Positions 1 through 9,681 are shown, counted from the stretch's first letter. The stretch is 37,882 bases of DNA from Actinomycetota bacterium (GCA_005884515.1 VAWS01000002.1:1-37882), one strand, 5' to 3'. Translations and numbers: made by a program. Notes: generated by a model from the sequence alone, not told the origin.

Positions 1-2
1 AC

Positions 3-278
3 GAGGACGGCGCGCACTCATGCGGCGAGTCGCTTCTCTTCAACTTGATGCACATGGGATGCACGATCCCGCCGAACGTCGACACGTATTGGGTCGGCGA
101 TGCAGGACCGGGCCCCTCGTACATCGAGGCCGGTCAGGATCACGAGTACACGAAACGCACGACGCGGTGGACGGCGCACAACCTGGTGCACATGGCACGC
201 ATCCTGAAGGCGACCCCGATCCCTGCCGAAGGCAACACGCGCGAAGGCGACGAAGAGCACACGCTGCACGCGGGCTAG
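3..278 (+). CDS. Flavodoxin / NADPH-dependent FMN reductase family protein, C-terminal part (5' end outside window)
   Basis: Open frame from base 3: EDGAHSCGESLLFNLMHMGCTIPPNVDTYWVGDAGPGPSY...AHNLVHMARILK, resembling the C-terminus of actinobacterial flavodoxin-family proteins. Confidence 0.7.
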   Translation, partial: EDGAHSCGESLLFNLMHMGCTIPPNVDTYWVGDAGPGPSYIEAGQDHEYTKRTTRWTAHNLVHMARILKATPIPAEGNTREGDEEHTLHAG

Positions 279-543
279 ACGGAGTCGTAGGTGGCGATAA
301 CGACGCCCGTCGTGGTCACGACGCTGTCCACCAGCTTCAATCGCACGACCGGCACACGGTCGGTGAAGAGGCGGCGGCCCGATCCGAGGACGATCGGGTA
401 GATGAGAAGCAGGAACGTGTCGATGAGCTGCCGTTGCATGAGCGACTCGATGAGAACCCGCCGCGCGTATCCTCGTCGGGACGAGCGGGCGCCTGCATCA
501 CGCCGTCGAGTGAAACGTTGTTGACGACCGTGATCGTGCCCAT
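275..543 (-). CDS. Dihydrofolate reductase-like (RibD C-terminal domain) protein, interrupted by an internal deletion and frameshift near 453
   Basis: N-terminus MGTITVVNNVSLDGVMQAP..DEDTRGGF, then in another frame LIESLMQRQLIDTFLLLIYPIVLGSGRRLF...TTTGVVIATYDSV*. The central part (FGRRTYE region) is absent. Confidence 0.8.
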
Positions 544-561
544 CAGATGGAGACCAAGCCT

Positions 562-810
562 CTACTCAACTCTGTCTTCCGGCATCTGGAGGGCTCGGAG
601 GAGCTTAAGCACTGCATCCGCGTCGGACTCCGCTACAGAAACGTCGGCGCCTTCGACCGCGTCGATCGAGGGGTAAACGACCGATCGCGCGCGGACGACG
701 GCGCGGAAGCCGTTCGCCGCTAACGTCGTTCGGATGAGATCGGCCGACGCGAAGGACGCAAACGTCGCAACCACAACCGAGCCGTCCTCTTGCCGTCTAT
801 AGACGGTCAT
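562..810 (-). CDS. Small putative signal-transducing protein (DUF2007-like)
   Basis: 82 aa, pattern VVVATF...ADLIRTTLAANGF.A.V...V.V.ESDA..V..LL. TAGCAT lies 6 nt before the ATG (leaderless-type). Confidence 0.55.
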   Translation of the reverse strand: MTVYRRQEDGSVVVATFASFASADLIRTTLAANGFRAVVRARSVVYPSIDAVEGADVSVAESDADAVLKLLRALQMPEDRVE

Positions 811-861
811 GCCTCGATGCTACCGGCCGGCGCGCTCGGAGGCTCCGCGTGCGATGCATTG

Positions 862-1269
862 TCAACCACTCGGCAGGAAGGCGAGCACGATGTCGCGCGT
901 GGGGTTGTCGACGTTCGGATCGATGATCGCGATCCGTTGCCACGTGCCGAGCGACACCTCGCCGCCGATCACGGGTAGCGTCAACGTCGGCGCGATGAAC
1001 GCCGGCAGGACGTGTGCCGCACCGTGTCCGGCGCTGCCGTGGCTGTGGCGGTAGCGATGATCTCTCGGCAGCATGAACTCGAGCCGATCCCACAGATCGT
1101 CTTCGCTCCCGGATCCGAGCTCCATCAACGCGAGCCCGGCCGTTGCGTGTGGGAGCGAGACACTCACCAACCCGTCGCCTTCGCCGGAGACGAACGTCTC
1201 CACGTGATCCGTGATGTCGACGATCGCCGGCTTGCTTCCGGTCTTCACTTGGAAACTCGTCGTCTTCAT
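862..1269 (-). CDS. yjbQ: YjbQ/UPF0047 family protein (secondary thiamine-phosphate synthase)
   Basis: Motifs VDITD.V, PHATAGL..E, YRHSHGS.GHGAAH, LGTWQ. Confidence 0.88.
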   Translation of the reverse strand: MKTTSFQVKTGSKPAIVDITDHVETFVSGEGDGLVSVSLPHATAGLALMELGSGSEDDLWDRLEFMLPRDHRYRHSHGSAGHGAAHVLPAFIAPTLTLPVIGGEVSLGTWQRIAIIDPNVDNPTRDIVLAFLPSG

Positions 1270-1294
1270 GAACCGAGTCTAACGACCGGCCGGC

Positions 1295-1762
1295 TCAGCG
1301 ATCGGCGGGAACCGGCTCTCGCAGCCACTCGGGCAGGTACACGGCGCCCGGACCGTCCTCCGCTGCTTCGTCGTGCGGGTTCGAGAGTAAGCACGTCTTC
1401 AACGAGAGGCATCCGCAGCCGATGCACGAGTCCAAGCCGTCCCGAAGCGCAACGAGGGCATCGATCTCGCTATCGAGACGCTTTCGCCACGATCGAGAGA
1501 TCTTCGTCCAGTCGGCGCGCGTCGGCGTCCGCGAGGCAGGCAATCTCGAGAGCGCCGTACGCACTTCGTCAAGCGTGAGGCCCACGTGTTGCGCGGCGCG
1601 GATGAAAGCGAGGCGCCTCAGGACACTGCGCTCGTATCGGCGCTGACCACCCTCGGTCCGCCTCGCGAGGATCAGACCTTCTCGCTCGTAGAACCGCAGA
1701 GCCGAAGGGGCGAAGCCGCTTCTCGTTGCGACTTCACCAACTGTTAACAGGTCGATCCCCAC
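1295..1762 (-). CDS. soxR: Redox-sensitive transcriptional activator SoxR
   Basis: MerR HTH (LTVGEVATRSGFAPSALRFYEREGLI...GGQRRY) and the [2Fe-2S] motif CIGCGCLSLKTC. Start placed at GTG 1762, downstream of GGAGG (plus strand cctcc 1771-1775). Confidence 0.96.
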   Translation of the reverse strand: MGIDLLTVGEVATRSGFAPSALRFYEREGLILARRTEGGQRRYERSVLRRLAFIRAAQHVGLTLDEVRTALSRLPASRTPTRADWTKISRSWRKRLDSEIDALVALRDGLDSCIGCGCLSLKTCLLSNPHDEAAEDGPGAVYLPEWLREPVPADR

Positions 1763-1780
1763 GAACGAGTCCTCCGGTTC

Positions 1781-1811
1781 TTGACTTGAAGTTAACTTCA
1801 ACTCTTAGTCT
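1781..1811 (+). promoter_or_regulatory. SoxR-activated promoter: -35 TTGACT, 19-bp spacer, SoxR box TTGAAGTTAACTTCAA, -10 TAGTCT
   Basis: Perfect 16-bp palindrome at 1786-1801 resembling the SoxR consensus CCTCAAGTTAACTTGAGG. The 19-bp spacer is the MerR-family hallmark. Divergent from soxR. Confidence 0.9.
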
Positions 1812-1846
1812 ACGCCTCGAACCATCCGAATGGAATGGAGGCACTC

Positions 1847-2393
1847 ATGAAGGTTGCGCTCATCACAGGAGCGTCCAGGGGGTTCGGAGCCGCCCTAGCA
1901 GACGAGCTGAACGCGCGCGGCTGGAGCCTCATCGTCGACGCGCGCCACGAGGACGCGCTCGCCGAGGCGGCCGCACGCTGGGAGAACGCGTTCGCGATCG
2001 CCGGAGACGTCTCCGAACCGGCGCACCTCGATGAGCTTGCGCGCGCGGTCCACCGGCTGGGACGGCTCGATCTGCTCGTCAACAATGCGAGCCTGCTCGG
2101 ACCGAGCCCGCAGCCGACGCTCGACCGCTACCCCATCGGCGTGCTCGCGAGCGTCTACGACGTGAACGTCTTCGCGCCGCTCGGCGATCTTGGGCGCGGA
2201 GAACCAAAGTATCGCCGCGTACGCATTTGATCCCGGCGACATGCGCACCCAGATGCACCAGGAAGCGTTCCCCGGCGAGGACATCTCCGACCGGCCCGAG
2301 CCGGAGACCATCGTCGCCGCGCTGCTGCGCCTGATCGAAACGCGACCGAAGAGCGGCCGCTACCGCGCCGCCGACCTGATGGTGAACGCATGA
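1847..2393 (+). CDS. Short-chain dehydrogenase/reductase, interrupted near 2183 (YxxxK segment missing, frameshift)
   Basis: TGASRGFG, GRLDLLVNNAS, then in another frame AILGAENQSIAAYAFDPGDMRTQMHQEAFPGEDISDRP. GGAGG RBS before ATG 1847. Confidence 0.88.
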
Positions 2394-3436
2394 CGGCGAC
2401 GTTCACCGTTCCCACCGAGCTTTCGGCCACCGAGCCGCCGGAGTCACGTGGATTCGCGCGCGACGAGGTCAGGCTGCTCGTCGCGAACCCCGACGGCATC
2501 CGGCACACGCGCTTCCGCGAGATCGCGAGCTTCCTCGACCCCGGCGACCTCGTCGTCGTCAACACCTCTGCGACGATCCCGGCCGCCGTCGACGGGATCC
2601 GCGCATGCGATGAGCAGATCGTTGTGCATTTCTCGTCGCCCCTCGACGATGGAGCGTGGGCGGTCGAGTTGCGCCTCGCCGACGGGTCCGGACCGGTGCC
2701 CGACGCGATCGTCGGCGAAACCGTGTACCTCGAGGGATGCGAGAGCGCGCTGCTCGTCGCGCCGTACCCGGATGCGCGCGCACTGCTCGGGTCGAGGCTG
2801 TGGCGCGCGCGCCTCTCGATCGACGGCTCGGTGCCCGGCTACCTGGCGTTGCACGGCCGCCCGATCACGTACGGCTACCTGCGCGGAACGTGGCCGCTCG
2901 CCGATTACCAAACCATCTTCGCGCGCGACCCGGGAAGCGCCGAGATGCCCAGCGCCGCACGCCCGTTCACGGACAAGCTCGTCACCGATCTTGTCGTTCG
3001 TGGCCTCGCGGTCGCACCGATCACGCTCCACGCCGGCGTCTCTTCCCTTGACGCCGGCGAAGTCCCTCTGCCCGAACGTTTCAGCGTGCCGGAGACGACC
3101 GCGCGCCTCGTGAACTTCACGAGAAAGAACGGCCGACGCGTCATCGCGCTCGGGACGACCGTCGCGCGCGCGCTCGAAAGCGTCGCGCGCGCGGACGGAA
3201 CGGTGACGTCCGGCCGCGGGTGGACCGACCTCGTTCTCGGCCCCGACCGGCCGGCGCGCGCCGTGACCGGCCTCGTCACCGGCTGGCACACGCCGGAGTC
3301 GTCACACCTCGCCTTGCTCGAAGCAGTCGCCGGACGGCAGCTCGTCCAAGAGGCGTACGACGCTGCGCTCGAAGCCGGCTATTTATGGCACGAGTTCGGT
3401 GACAGTTGCTTGCTCTTGCCGAACAAAGGTCAGTAA
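2390..3436 (+). CDS. QueA-like S-adenosylmethionine:tRNA ribosyltransferase-isomerase family protein (divergent paralog)
   Basis: QueA fold motifs RD..RLLV, GDLVVVN, YQTIFA..PGSA, ITLH.G, LGTTV.RALES, but with canonical residues replaced. ATGA overlap with the SDR gene. Confidence 0.85.
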   Translation: MTATFTVPTELSATEPPESRGFARDEVRLLVANPDGIRHTRFREIASFLDPGDLVVVNTSATIPAAVDGIRACDEQIVVHFSSPLDDGAWAVELRLADGSGPVPDAIVGETVYLEGCESALLVAPYPDARALLGSRLWRARLSIDGSVPGYLALHGRPITYGYLRGTWPLADYQTIFARDPGSAEMPSAARPFTDKLVTDLVVRGLAVAPITLHAGVSSLDAGEVPLPERFSVPETTARLVNFTRKNGRRVIALGTTVARALESVARADGTVTSGRGWTDLVLGPDRPARAVTGLVTGWHTPESSHLALLEAVAGRQLVQEAYDAALEAGYLWHEFGDSCLLLPNKGQ

Positions 3437-3591
3437 CCGCCGCCGGCGCCGCCGTGGTGGAAGGCGACGAAGTAGATGACGAGGTACGCGATTCCTCCGA
3501 TGAGAAGGTAGAGACCGACCAACTTCGGCCATCTCTTCTTGTATCCGCCCTGCTTCTGCGAACCGGTGTTGGCGCGCTCGCGGGTATCCAT
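3430..3591 (-). CDS. Small 53-aa single-pass membrane protein (not in ORF track)
   Basis: MDTRERANTGSQKQGGYKKRWPKLVGLYLLIGGIAYLVIYFVAFHHGGAGGGY*. AAGGAGG RBS; basic patch followed by a hydrophobic helix. Confidence 0.75.
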   Translation of the reverse strand: MDTRERANTGSQKQGGYKKRWPKLVGLYLLIGGIAYLVIYFVAFHHGGAGGGY

Positions 3592-3670
3592 GGTGAAGAC
3601 CTCCTTCACCTACTGATACGCACGGCGCGCAAGCAGAGATTGCACCTTCCAGGACCAGGAACGTGCGTTA

Positions 3671-4195
3671 CTAGCCGACCGAGCCGGCGTCGGCGCCGCG
3701 CGCCCGGATGTCGGCGAGCACCTTGTCGAACAGCGCTTGCGCTTCTTTCGCGATCTGCTTCAGGTCCTCAACTTCGCGCGCCGCCTCCGCCGTCGCCGAC
3801 GGGTTCATGCGCGCGACCGTTTGCTCGAGCAGCTGCGCGCGCAGCCCCGCGGACACGGAAACCTCGGAAAGCTCTTGCAGCGTGATACGGAGCAGCCATC
3901 GAACTCGCCGGTCCTGCGTCTCCTTGTCGACGACGCGCGGCTCGCGCTGCTGTTGCTTCTGTTCGGGTAGCGGGACGCCTTCGCCGAAGTTCTCGCGGAC
4001 GTACGCTTCGAAGCGCACACCCTTGGGAATGCCGAGCTTCCGCCGGATCGCTTGCTTGTGACTTTCGAGCGTGCCGAGTGCGATCCCCAACGCTTCGCAC
4101 GCTTGGCTGGGCGCGACACCTTCGATGGCAAGGGCGATCACGCGCCACTCTTGCGGCGTGATCCTGCTCGCGCGGTCGACCATCGACTCGTCCAA
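3671..4195 (-). CDS. LuxR/GerE-type HTH protein with C-terminal helical region
   Basis: ITPQEWRVIALAIEG...ALGIALGTLESHKQAIRRKLG matches the LuxR HTH pattern. Starts 14 nt after the dnaE stop. Confidence 0.7.
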   Translation of the reverse strand: MDESMVDRASRITPQEWRVIALAIEGVAPSQACEALGIALGTLESHKQAIRRKLGIPKGVRFEAYVRENFGEGVPLPEQKQQQREPRVVDKETQDRRVRWLLRITLQELSEVSVSAGLRAQLLEQTVARMNPSATAEAAREVEDLKQIAKEAQALFDKVLADIRARGADAGSVG

Positions 4196-4209
4196 CCTGT
4201 ACCGCCCCT

Positions 4210-7200
4210 TTACTCCAGCGCCTTCTGTCCCAAGAGCACTTTCAATTCGGCATAAAGCCCATTTCGCCTCTCCACACAGTATCGGTGAGGTAAGCGCAGA
4301 GTCTTAGCAGGGGTCGCCCCGGATAAGAGGCGTAGATGGACAGGAGTCGGCCCCGGATGGGACTCCAGAACGTCTTTCAGGCGCTCGACGAACGCCGGCG
4401 TGCAGGTTTCCGCAGGGACGCTCAGGACCAGGGGGGCCCCGCCGGGATCCAGGCTCGGGATGGCAATTTCTTGCGCTATGACTTTCGCCTCGTCGTCCCG
4501 CATGTCGATCTTGCCGCGCACGGTCACGATCGCGTCCGCGGCCAAAAGCGGCGCGGCCGACACGTACGAGCTCGGGAAAACGACGACCTCGACCGAACCC
4601 TGGAGATCTTCGAGCCAGAACACCGCCATCGGCTCGCCCTTCTTCGTGAACTTCTTCTGCATACGCGTAACGATGCCGCCGATGGTCACGCCGTCTTGGT
4701 CGCGCAGCCCGACGAGATCGGTGATCTTGTGCGACGACGCCTGGCGCAAGATGTCCTCCACGGCGAGCAGCGGGTGGTCCGACACGTACACCCCGAGCAT
4801 CTCTTTCTCGGCCGCCAGCAGCACGTTCTTCGGGATGTCGTCGCCCGTGGGCAGCTCGAAGTCGACGTGCATCGCCGGATCGTGCGCGAAGAGGCTGAAC
4901 TGGCCCTGCTCCGCCGCGCGCGCGTCCGCCACTGCGGCGTCGACGATGGACGCGACCTTCTCGTGCAGCACTACGCCCTTCTCCGCGTCCCGCTGCAGCA
5001 GCGATGTGCGATCGATCTTCAGCGAGTCGAACGCGCCGGCTTTCGCCAGCGACTCAACGACGCGCCGGTTCAGAACGATGTGGTCCACCTTCCGCGTGAA
5101 GTCGGCGAAGGAGGTGAACGCGCCTTTCTGCGTACGAGCCTTGATGATCTGTGCGACGACGCTCTCCCCCACGTTGCGCACAGCCGACAGCCCGTAGCGG
5201 ATCGTTCCTTCCGGCGTCGGCGTGAAGTCGGACTCGCTCGCGTTGACGTCGGGCGGCTCGACGGTGATGTTCAGGGCGCGCGCCTCCGCGAGGTACGCCG
5301 GGCTGCGATCCGGGTTGTCCTTGACGCTCGTCAGCAGCGCGGCCATGTACTCGATCGGATGGTTCGCCCGCAGGTAGCCCGTCTGGTACGCGACGAGCCC
5401 GTAGCACGCGGCGTGCGCGCGATTGAACGAGTAACCGGCGAACGGCTCGATCAGCTTCCATAAGCTGCGGGCCTGATCCTCGGTGAGGTCTTTCGCGCGC
5501 GCGCCCTCGAGGAACCGCGGCTCCTCGGCGTCGATCACCTTCTTGATCTTCTTCCCGAGCGCTTTACGCACAAGGTCCGCTTCGCCGGCGCTGTATCCCG
5601 CGATCAGCTGCAGGATCTGCAGGATCTGCTCTTGGTAGACGATCACGCCGTGCGTATCGCGCAGCACCGGCTCGAGCGCGGGGTGGAGGTACTGGACCGA
5701 CGATGAGTCGTTCTTGCCCCTGATGTACTTCGGGATCTCCTTCATCGGGCCCGGCCGGTAGAGCGCGACCATGGCCACGATGTCCTCGAACCGGTCCGGG
5801 CGCAGCTTCACGAGTGCGTCGCGCATCGGCGGCGACTCCAGCTGGAACACGCCCATCGTCTCGCCGCGGCTCAGCATCGCGTACGTCGCGGGATCGTCCA
5901 TCGGGATCGCGTCGATGTCGATCGTCACGCCGCGCTTCGCCAGCAGGTCGATCGCGTCCCCGAGGATCGTAAGGTTGCGGAGCCCGAGGAAGTCCATCTT
6001 CAGGCAACCCCTCGAGGCCGCGCGCGACGTCGATCACCTGCTTCGAGTCGGGGTCCGTCTGGTACAAGGACCGCATGTCGCTCGCACCCGCGTAGGCCTG
6101 GTTCCCGCGGTCGCCGGGGGGCCACTCGAACGACTGATCGAAGCATGCGGCGAGCGGCGGGTCCTTCCCCAGGATCCCCGGTGGGTACGCGCGCGCGAGC
6201 CGGTCACCGACGACGTACGGCATGCCGAGCACACGCGCCGCGTCGCGGATCGCCTGCTTGCCCTTGATCGTTGCGAAGGTCACGATCTGCGCCACCCGCT
6301 CCTCGCCGTACTTGCGCACGGCGTACCGCAGCACCTCGCCGCGCCCGCGCACGTCGAAGTCCATGTCGATGTCCGGCATCTCCTTGCGCGCCGGGTTCAG
6401 GAAGCGCTCGAACATCAGCCGATACTTGATCGGGTCCATGCCGACGATCCCGAGGCAGTAGGACACGATCGAGCCGGCCGAGCTACCGCGGCCCGGGCCA
6501 CAGCGCACGCCGTTCGCCTTTGCGTACGCGATCAGGTCGGCGACGATCAAGAAATACGAGGCGAACCCCATGGACGCGATCGTCGACAGCTCGAACTCGA
6601 TCCGCTCACGGACCTCGTCGGTGAGCGGGTCGCCGTACCGCGCCGCAGCGCCCTCGTACGTCAGGCGTCGCAGGTACGCGTCGACGCTCTCACCGGTCGG
6701 CGTCACGAAGACCGGCAACCGCTGCACGCCCATCTCCAGCGTGACGTTGCATCGCTCCGCGATCTCGAGGGTGGCGTCGCACGCGTCCGGGTGGTCGCGG
6801 AACAGCGCGCGCATCTGCTCGGGCGACTTCAGGAAGAACTCTTCGGCGTCGAACTTGAAGCGGCCCGGCTCGTTGATCGTCGAGCCGGTCTGGATGCACA
6901 ACAGGACGTCGTGAACGGGCGCATCCTGCTTGTGGGTGTAGTGGAGATCGTTCGTTGCGAGCAGCCTCGTGCCGGTCCGTCTCGCGATGTCGATCAGGTG
7001 CGGGAACACGGTGTGCTGGTCGGCGAGGCCGTGGTCCTGGAGCTCGACGAAGAAGTTATCGGGGCCGAAGATCTCGCGGTACTCGCCGACGACCTTGGTG
7101 GCCTGCTCGACCTGGCCTTGCAGCAACAGCTGTCCGACTTCGCCGGCGAGGCAGCCGCTCGTCGCGATGATGCCCTTCGCGTGCTGCGCGAGCAGCTCCT

Positions 7201-7567
7201 TGTCGACGCGCGGCCGGTAGTAATAGCCTTCGAGGTGCGCGAGGGAGACGAGCTTCATGAGGTTGCGATAGCCCTCGTCGGTCTCGGCGACGGCCGTCAT
7301 GTGGTGGTTCGAGTCTTTCTCGCGCGAGGACTTCTCGAAGCGCGAACGGGTCGCGACGTACAGCTCCGAGCCGATGATCGGCTTCACGCCGTGCCGCCGG
7401 CCCGCTTGGTAGAAGTCGACCGCGCCGTACATGACGCCGTGGTCGGTGATCGCCATGGCCGGCATGCCTTGCTCGGCCGCGGACCGCATGAGCTCATCGA
7501 TGCGGCTGGCTCCGTCCAGCATCGAGTACTCGGTATGGGTGTGAATGTGGACGAAGCTGTCGGACAA
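4210..7567 (-). CDS. dnaE: DNA polymerase III alpha subunit, interrupted near 6005 (internal deletion and frameshift)
   Basis: PHP domain FVHIHTHTEYSMLDG, GPGRGSSAGS, FERFLNPAR..MPDIDMDF; second frame LKMDFLGLRNL, GVFQLES, YSFNRAHAACY, OB fold. The HAAGVVI-TQY segment is missing. Confidence 0.96.
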
Positions 7568-7657
7568 ACCGCCGCCCCCGGGGAAGGCACGACTGGAAGA
7601 ATTACAGAGATGTCATTCTACCGCCGCGGCCGGGGACAGCCAAGGCTTCGCCGGATT

Positions 7658-8443
7658 TCACGACCTCGTTCGAGCAGCCTCGAGCGCCGCCGCCAGGTCT
7701 TGAGGGAGCGGATCGTCCAGCTCGATGAGGGCGCCGGTCGAGGTCCTGCCGGTGATCGGACGCGCCTCGACGAGAGCGGTGTCTGGCAACCTCTCGAGCA
7801 CCGTGATCTCCGTGACCGCCGAGCGGCCGCCGGCGACGACGGCCATCTTCTTCCGGTCCCGGGTCGAGCGGCCGATCGGCGCGTCGATCGTTGTGGTGGC
7901 GGTGTCGGGGATCCCTTCGACCAAGGCGAGATAGACCCGAGTCACCGCGCGCGCGGCGAGCGCGTCGGTCAGGGCGGCGTGGGTCGCTTCGTCCTTGGCG
8001 ACGATCATCAGGCCGCTCGTGCCGGCGTCGAGCCGGTGGACGATTCCGGGGCGCTCGGCGTCTCCCCCGGCCGGCGCTCCGCCGGCGCGCGCGAGCAGCG
8101 CGTTGACGAGAGTTCCCGAGCTGTGCCCGGGGGCCGGATGGACCACGAGACCCGCCGGCTTCGAGACGACGAGAAGATGCTCGTCTTCGAAGACGACGCG
8201 GACCGGGATCTCTTCGGCTTGGGGAACGGCGCTCTCGTGTTCGGGTATCGAGACGCTGACGCGCATCGCGTCCTCGACGCGCAAGGACTTCGTCGCCGCG
8301 CGCCCGTCCACCAGCACGGAACCCGCTGCGATCAGTTTCGCTGCAGCCGCGCGCGACATGCCGGCACGCGCGCTTACGAATGCGTCGAGCCGCGTCCCGG
8401 CGTCGTCGGCCGAGACGAGGAGCTCACGCGGGGGCGCGCTCAC
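7658..8443 (-). CDS. rluD: RluA/RluD family pseudouridine synthase, in-frame internal deletion near 7741
   Basis: S4 domain [35 protein letters not shown] is joined directly to [13 protein letters not shown], so HQIRVH...LHA is missing. GTG start at 8443. Confidence 0.9.
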   Translation of the reverse strand: MSAPPRELLVSADDAGTRLDAFVSARAGMSRAAAAKLIAAGSVLVDGRAATKSLRVEDAMRVSVSIPEHESAVPQAEEIPVRVVFEDEHLLVVSKPAGLVVHPAPGHSSGTLVNALLARAGGAPAGGDAERPGIVHRLDAGTSGLMIVAKDEATHAALTDALAARAVTRVYLALVEGIPDTATTTIDAPIGRSTRDRKKMAVVAGGRSAVTEITVLERLPDTALVEARPITGRTSTGALIELDDPLPQDLAAALEAARTRS

Positions 8444-8814
8444 GCTCTTTCGCGCGACGCTCGGCACGATACGACGCGATCAGCAAGAGCAGCGCTCCGA
8501 TCACCACCGCCGAGTCGGCGACGTTGAACACCGGCCACCAGTGGAAGTCGATGAAGTCGATCACCCGGCCCCGGACCACGCCCGGCGGGCGCGCGATGCG
8601 GGAAGACCACCGGGAAGTGACGGAACAGACCGAACGCGGACCCGGGGTTTCGCTGCAGTGTCCACGCGAGCACGCCTCCGATCACGCGCCGCGACTCGCC
8701 CTCTCGCAGATCCGAAACGACAAGGGCCTTCGTGACCTGGTCGACGGCAACGACGACGGCGCCGGCCGCGAACAATAGGAGAGCGGTGCGGCGAGTGGGG
8801 GCGGGCGTCTCCAC
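8424..8814 (-). CDS. lspA: Lipoprotein signal peptidase, interrupted near 8601 (deletion and frameshift)
   Basis: [13 protein letters not shown]; second frame [32 protein letters not shown]. The GGA.GNL.D helix is missing. Confidence 0.92.
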
Positions 8815-8853
8815 TTGCGAATCATATGCGCGCGCAGTGCGCGCGCCGGGTGC

Positions 8854-9597
8854 TCAGCGCGTGCGCTCGTCGATCTGCTTGCAGTTCAGGCAGAGCGTCG
8901 AGTACGGCAGGGCCAGCAGCCGCGCCTTGGCGATCGGGTTGCCGCAGTTCTCGCAGATCCCGTAGGTCCCCCGGTCGATCGCGTTGATCGCGTGGTTCAC
9001 CTTGTCGAGCAGGTCCCGGATGTTGTTGCCGATCGAGAGCTCCTTCTCGCGCTCGAACGTGAAGCTGCCCGCGTCGGCGTACTCCTCGTCGAAGGAGACC
9101 TCGCCGGAAACCTCCGACTGCGAGACGTTGAACGCGGCGTCTTCGAGGTCGCTGAACTCGCGCGTGAAAACGTTCCGCTGCTCGACCAGCGCGGCACGGA
9201 TCGTCGCGATCTCCTTCGGCGTCAGCTCGGGCTTGCGCGGCTTCTTCGGCGGCTCGGGCTTCGGTGGAGGCGCCGGCTTGGCCTGCACGACGGGCTTCGC
9301 CACCGGCGCGGGCTTGGCGACCGGGACCGGCGACTTCGGAACGGATGCTTTGGCGACGGTCTTCGGCGCTGCGACCTTCGGCGCCGGCCGGCCGGCCGGC
9401 TTGGCCGGCGGCTTCGCGACCGGCCGCTTGGTCGGCTTGGTCTTCGGCGCTGGCGACTTGGCGCGCACCGTCTTCGGGGCGGCCTTCTTCAGGGGCTTGG
9501 CCGCCTTCTTGGCCGCCGCCGGGCGGGCCGTCTTCGGGGTCCGGGCAGCCTTCGGCCGAGCCTTGGGGGCGGTGATTTTTTTCGCGGGCCGAGCCAC
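8854..9597 (-). CDS. dksA: DksA/TraR C4 zinc-finger protein with Lys/Ala/Pro-rich N-terminal extension
   Basis: C-terminal GTYGICENCGNPIAKARLLALPYSTLCLNCK, coiled coil with DEEYADAG. GTG start at 9597 after AGGAGGAG. Confidence 0.88.
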   Translation of the reverse strand: MARPAKKITAPKARPKAARTPKTARPAAAKKAAKPLKKAAPKTVRAKSPAPKTKPTKRPVAKPPAKPAGRPAPKVAAPKTVAKASVPKSPVPVAKPAPVAKPVVQAKPAPPPKPEPPKKPRKPELTPKEIATIRAALVEQRNVFTREFSDLEDAAFNVSQSEVSGEVSFDEEYADAGSFTFEREKELSIGNNIRDLLDKVNHAINAIDRGTYGICENCGNPIAKARLLALPYSTLCLNCKQIDERTR

Positions 9598-9652
9598 GTG
9601 GCTCCTCCTGGAACGTGCATCAGCACTCGCCGGGGGGCCGGCGGGATGCAGC

Positions 9653-9681
9653 AGGGTAGCATCGCCCCTATCGACCGTCAA
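9653..9681 (-). promoter_or_regulatory. Housekeeping-sigma promoter of dksA-like gene (TTGACG-17-TACCCT, extended TG)
   Basis: -35 at 9681-9676, -10 at 9658-9653, 17-bp spacer. Confidence 0.65.

Noticed and set aside
5990-6020. Split-intein or programmed frameshift explanation for the two dnaE ORFs
   Set aside because: No intein N- or C-terminal motifs and no slippery run; conserved polymerase residues are missing, which neither mechanism would restore.
5771-8527. 918-aa plus-strand ORF and many other long shadow ORFs (e.g. 25229-27424, 22079-23488)
   Set aside because: Antisense to well-supported genes, with no recognisable motifs; expected in high-GC DNA.
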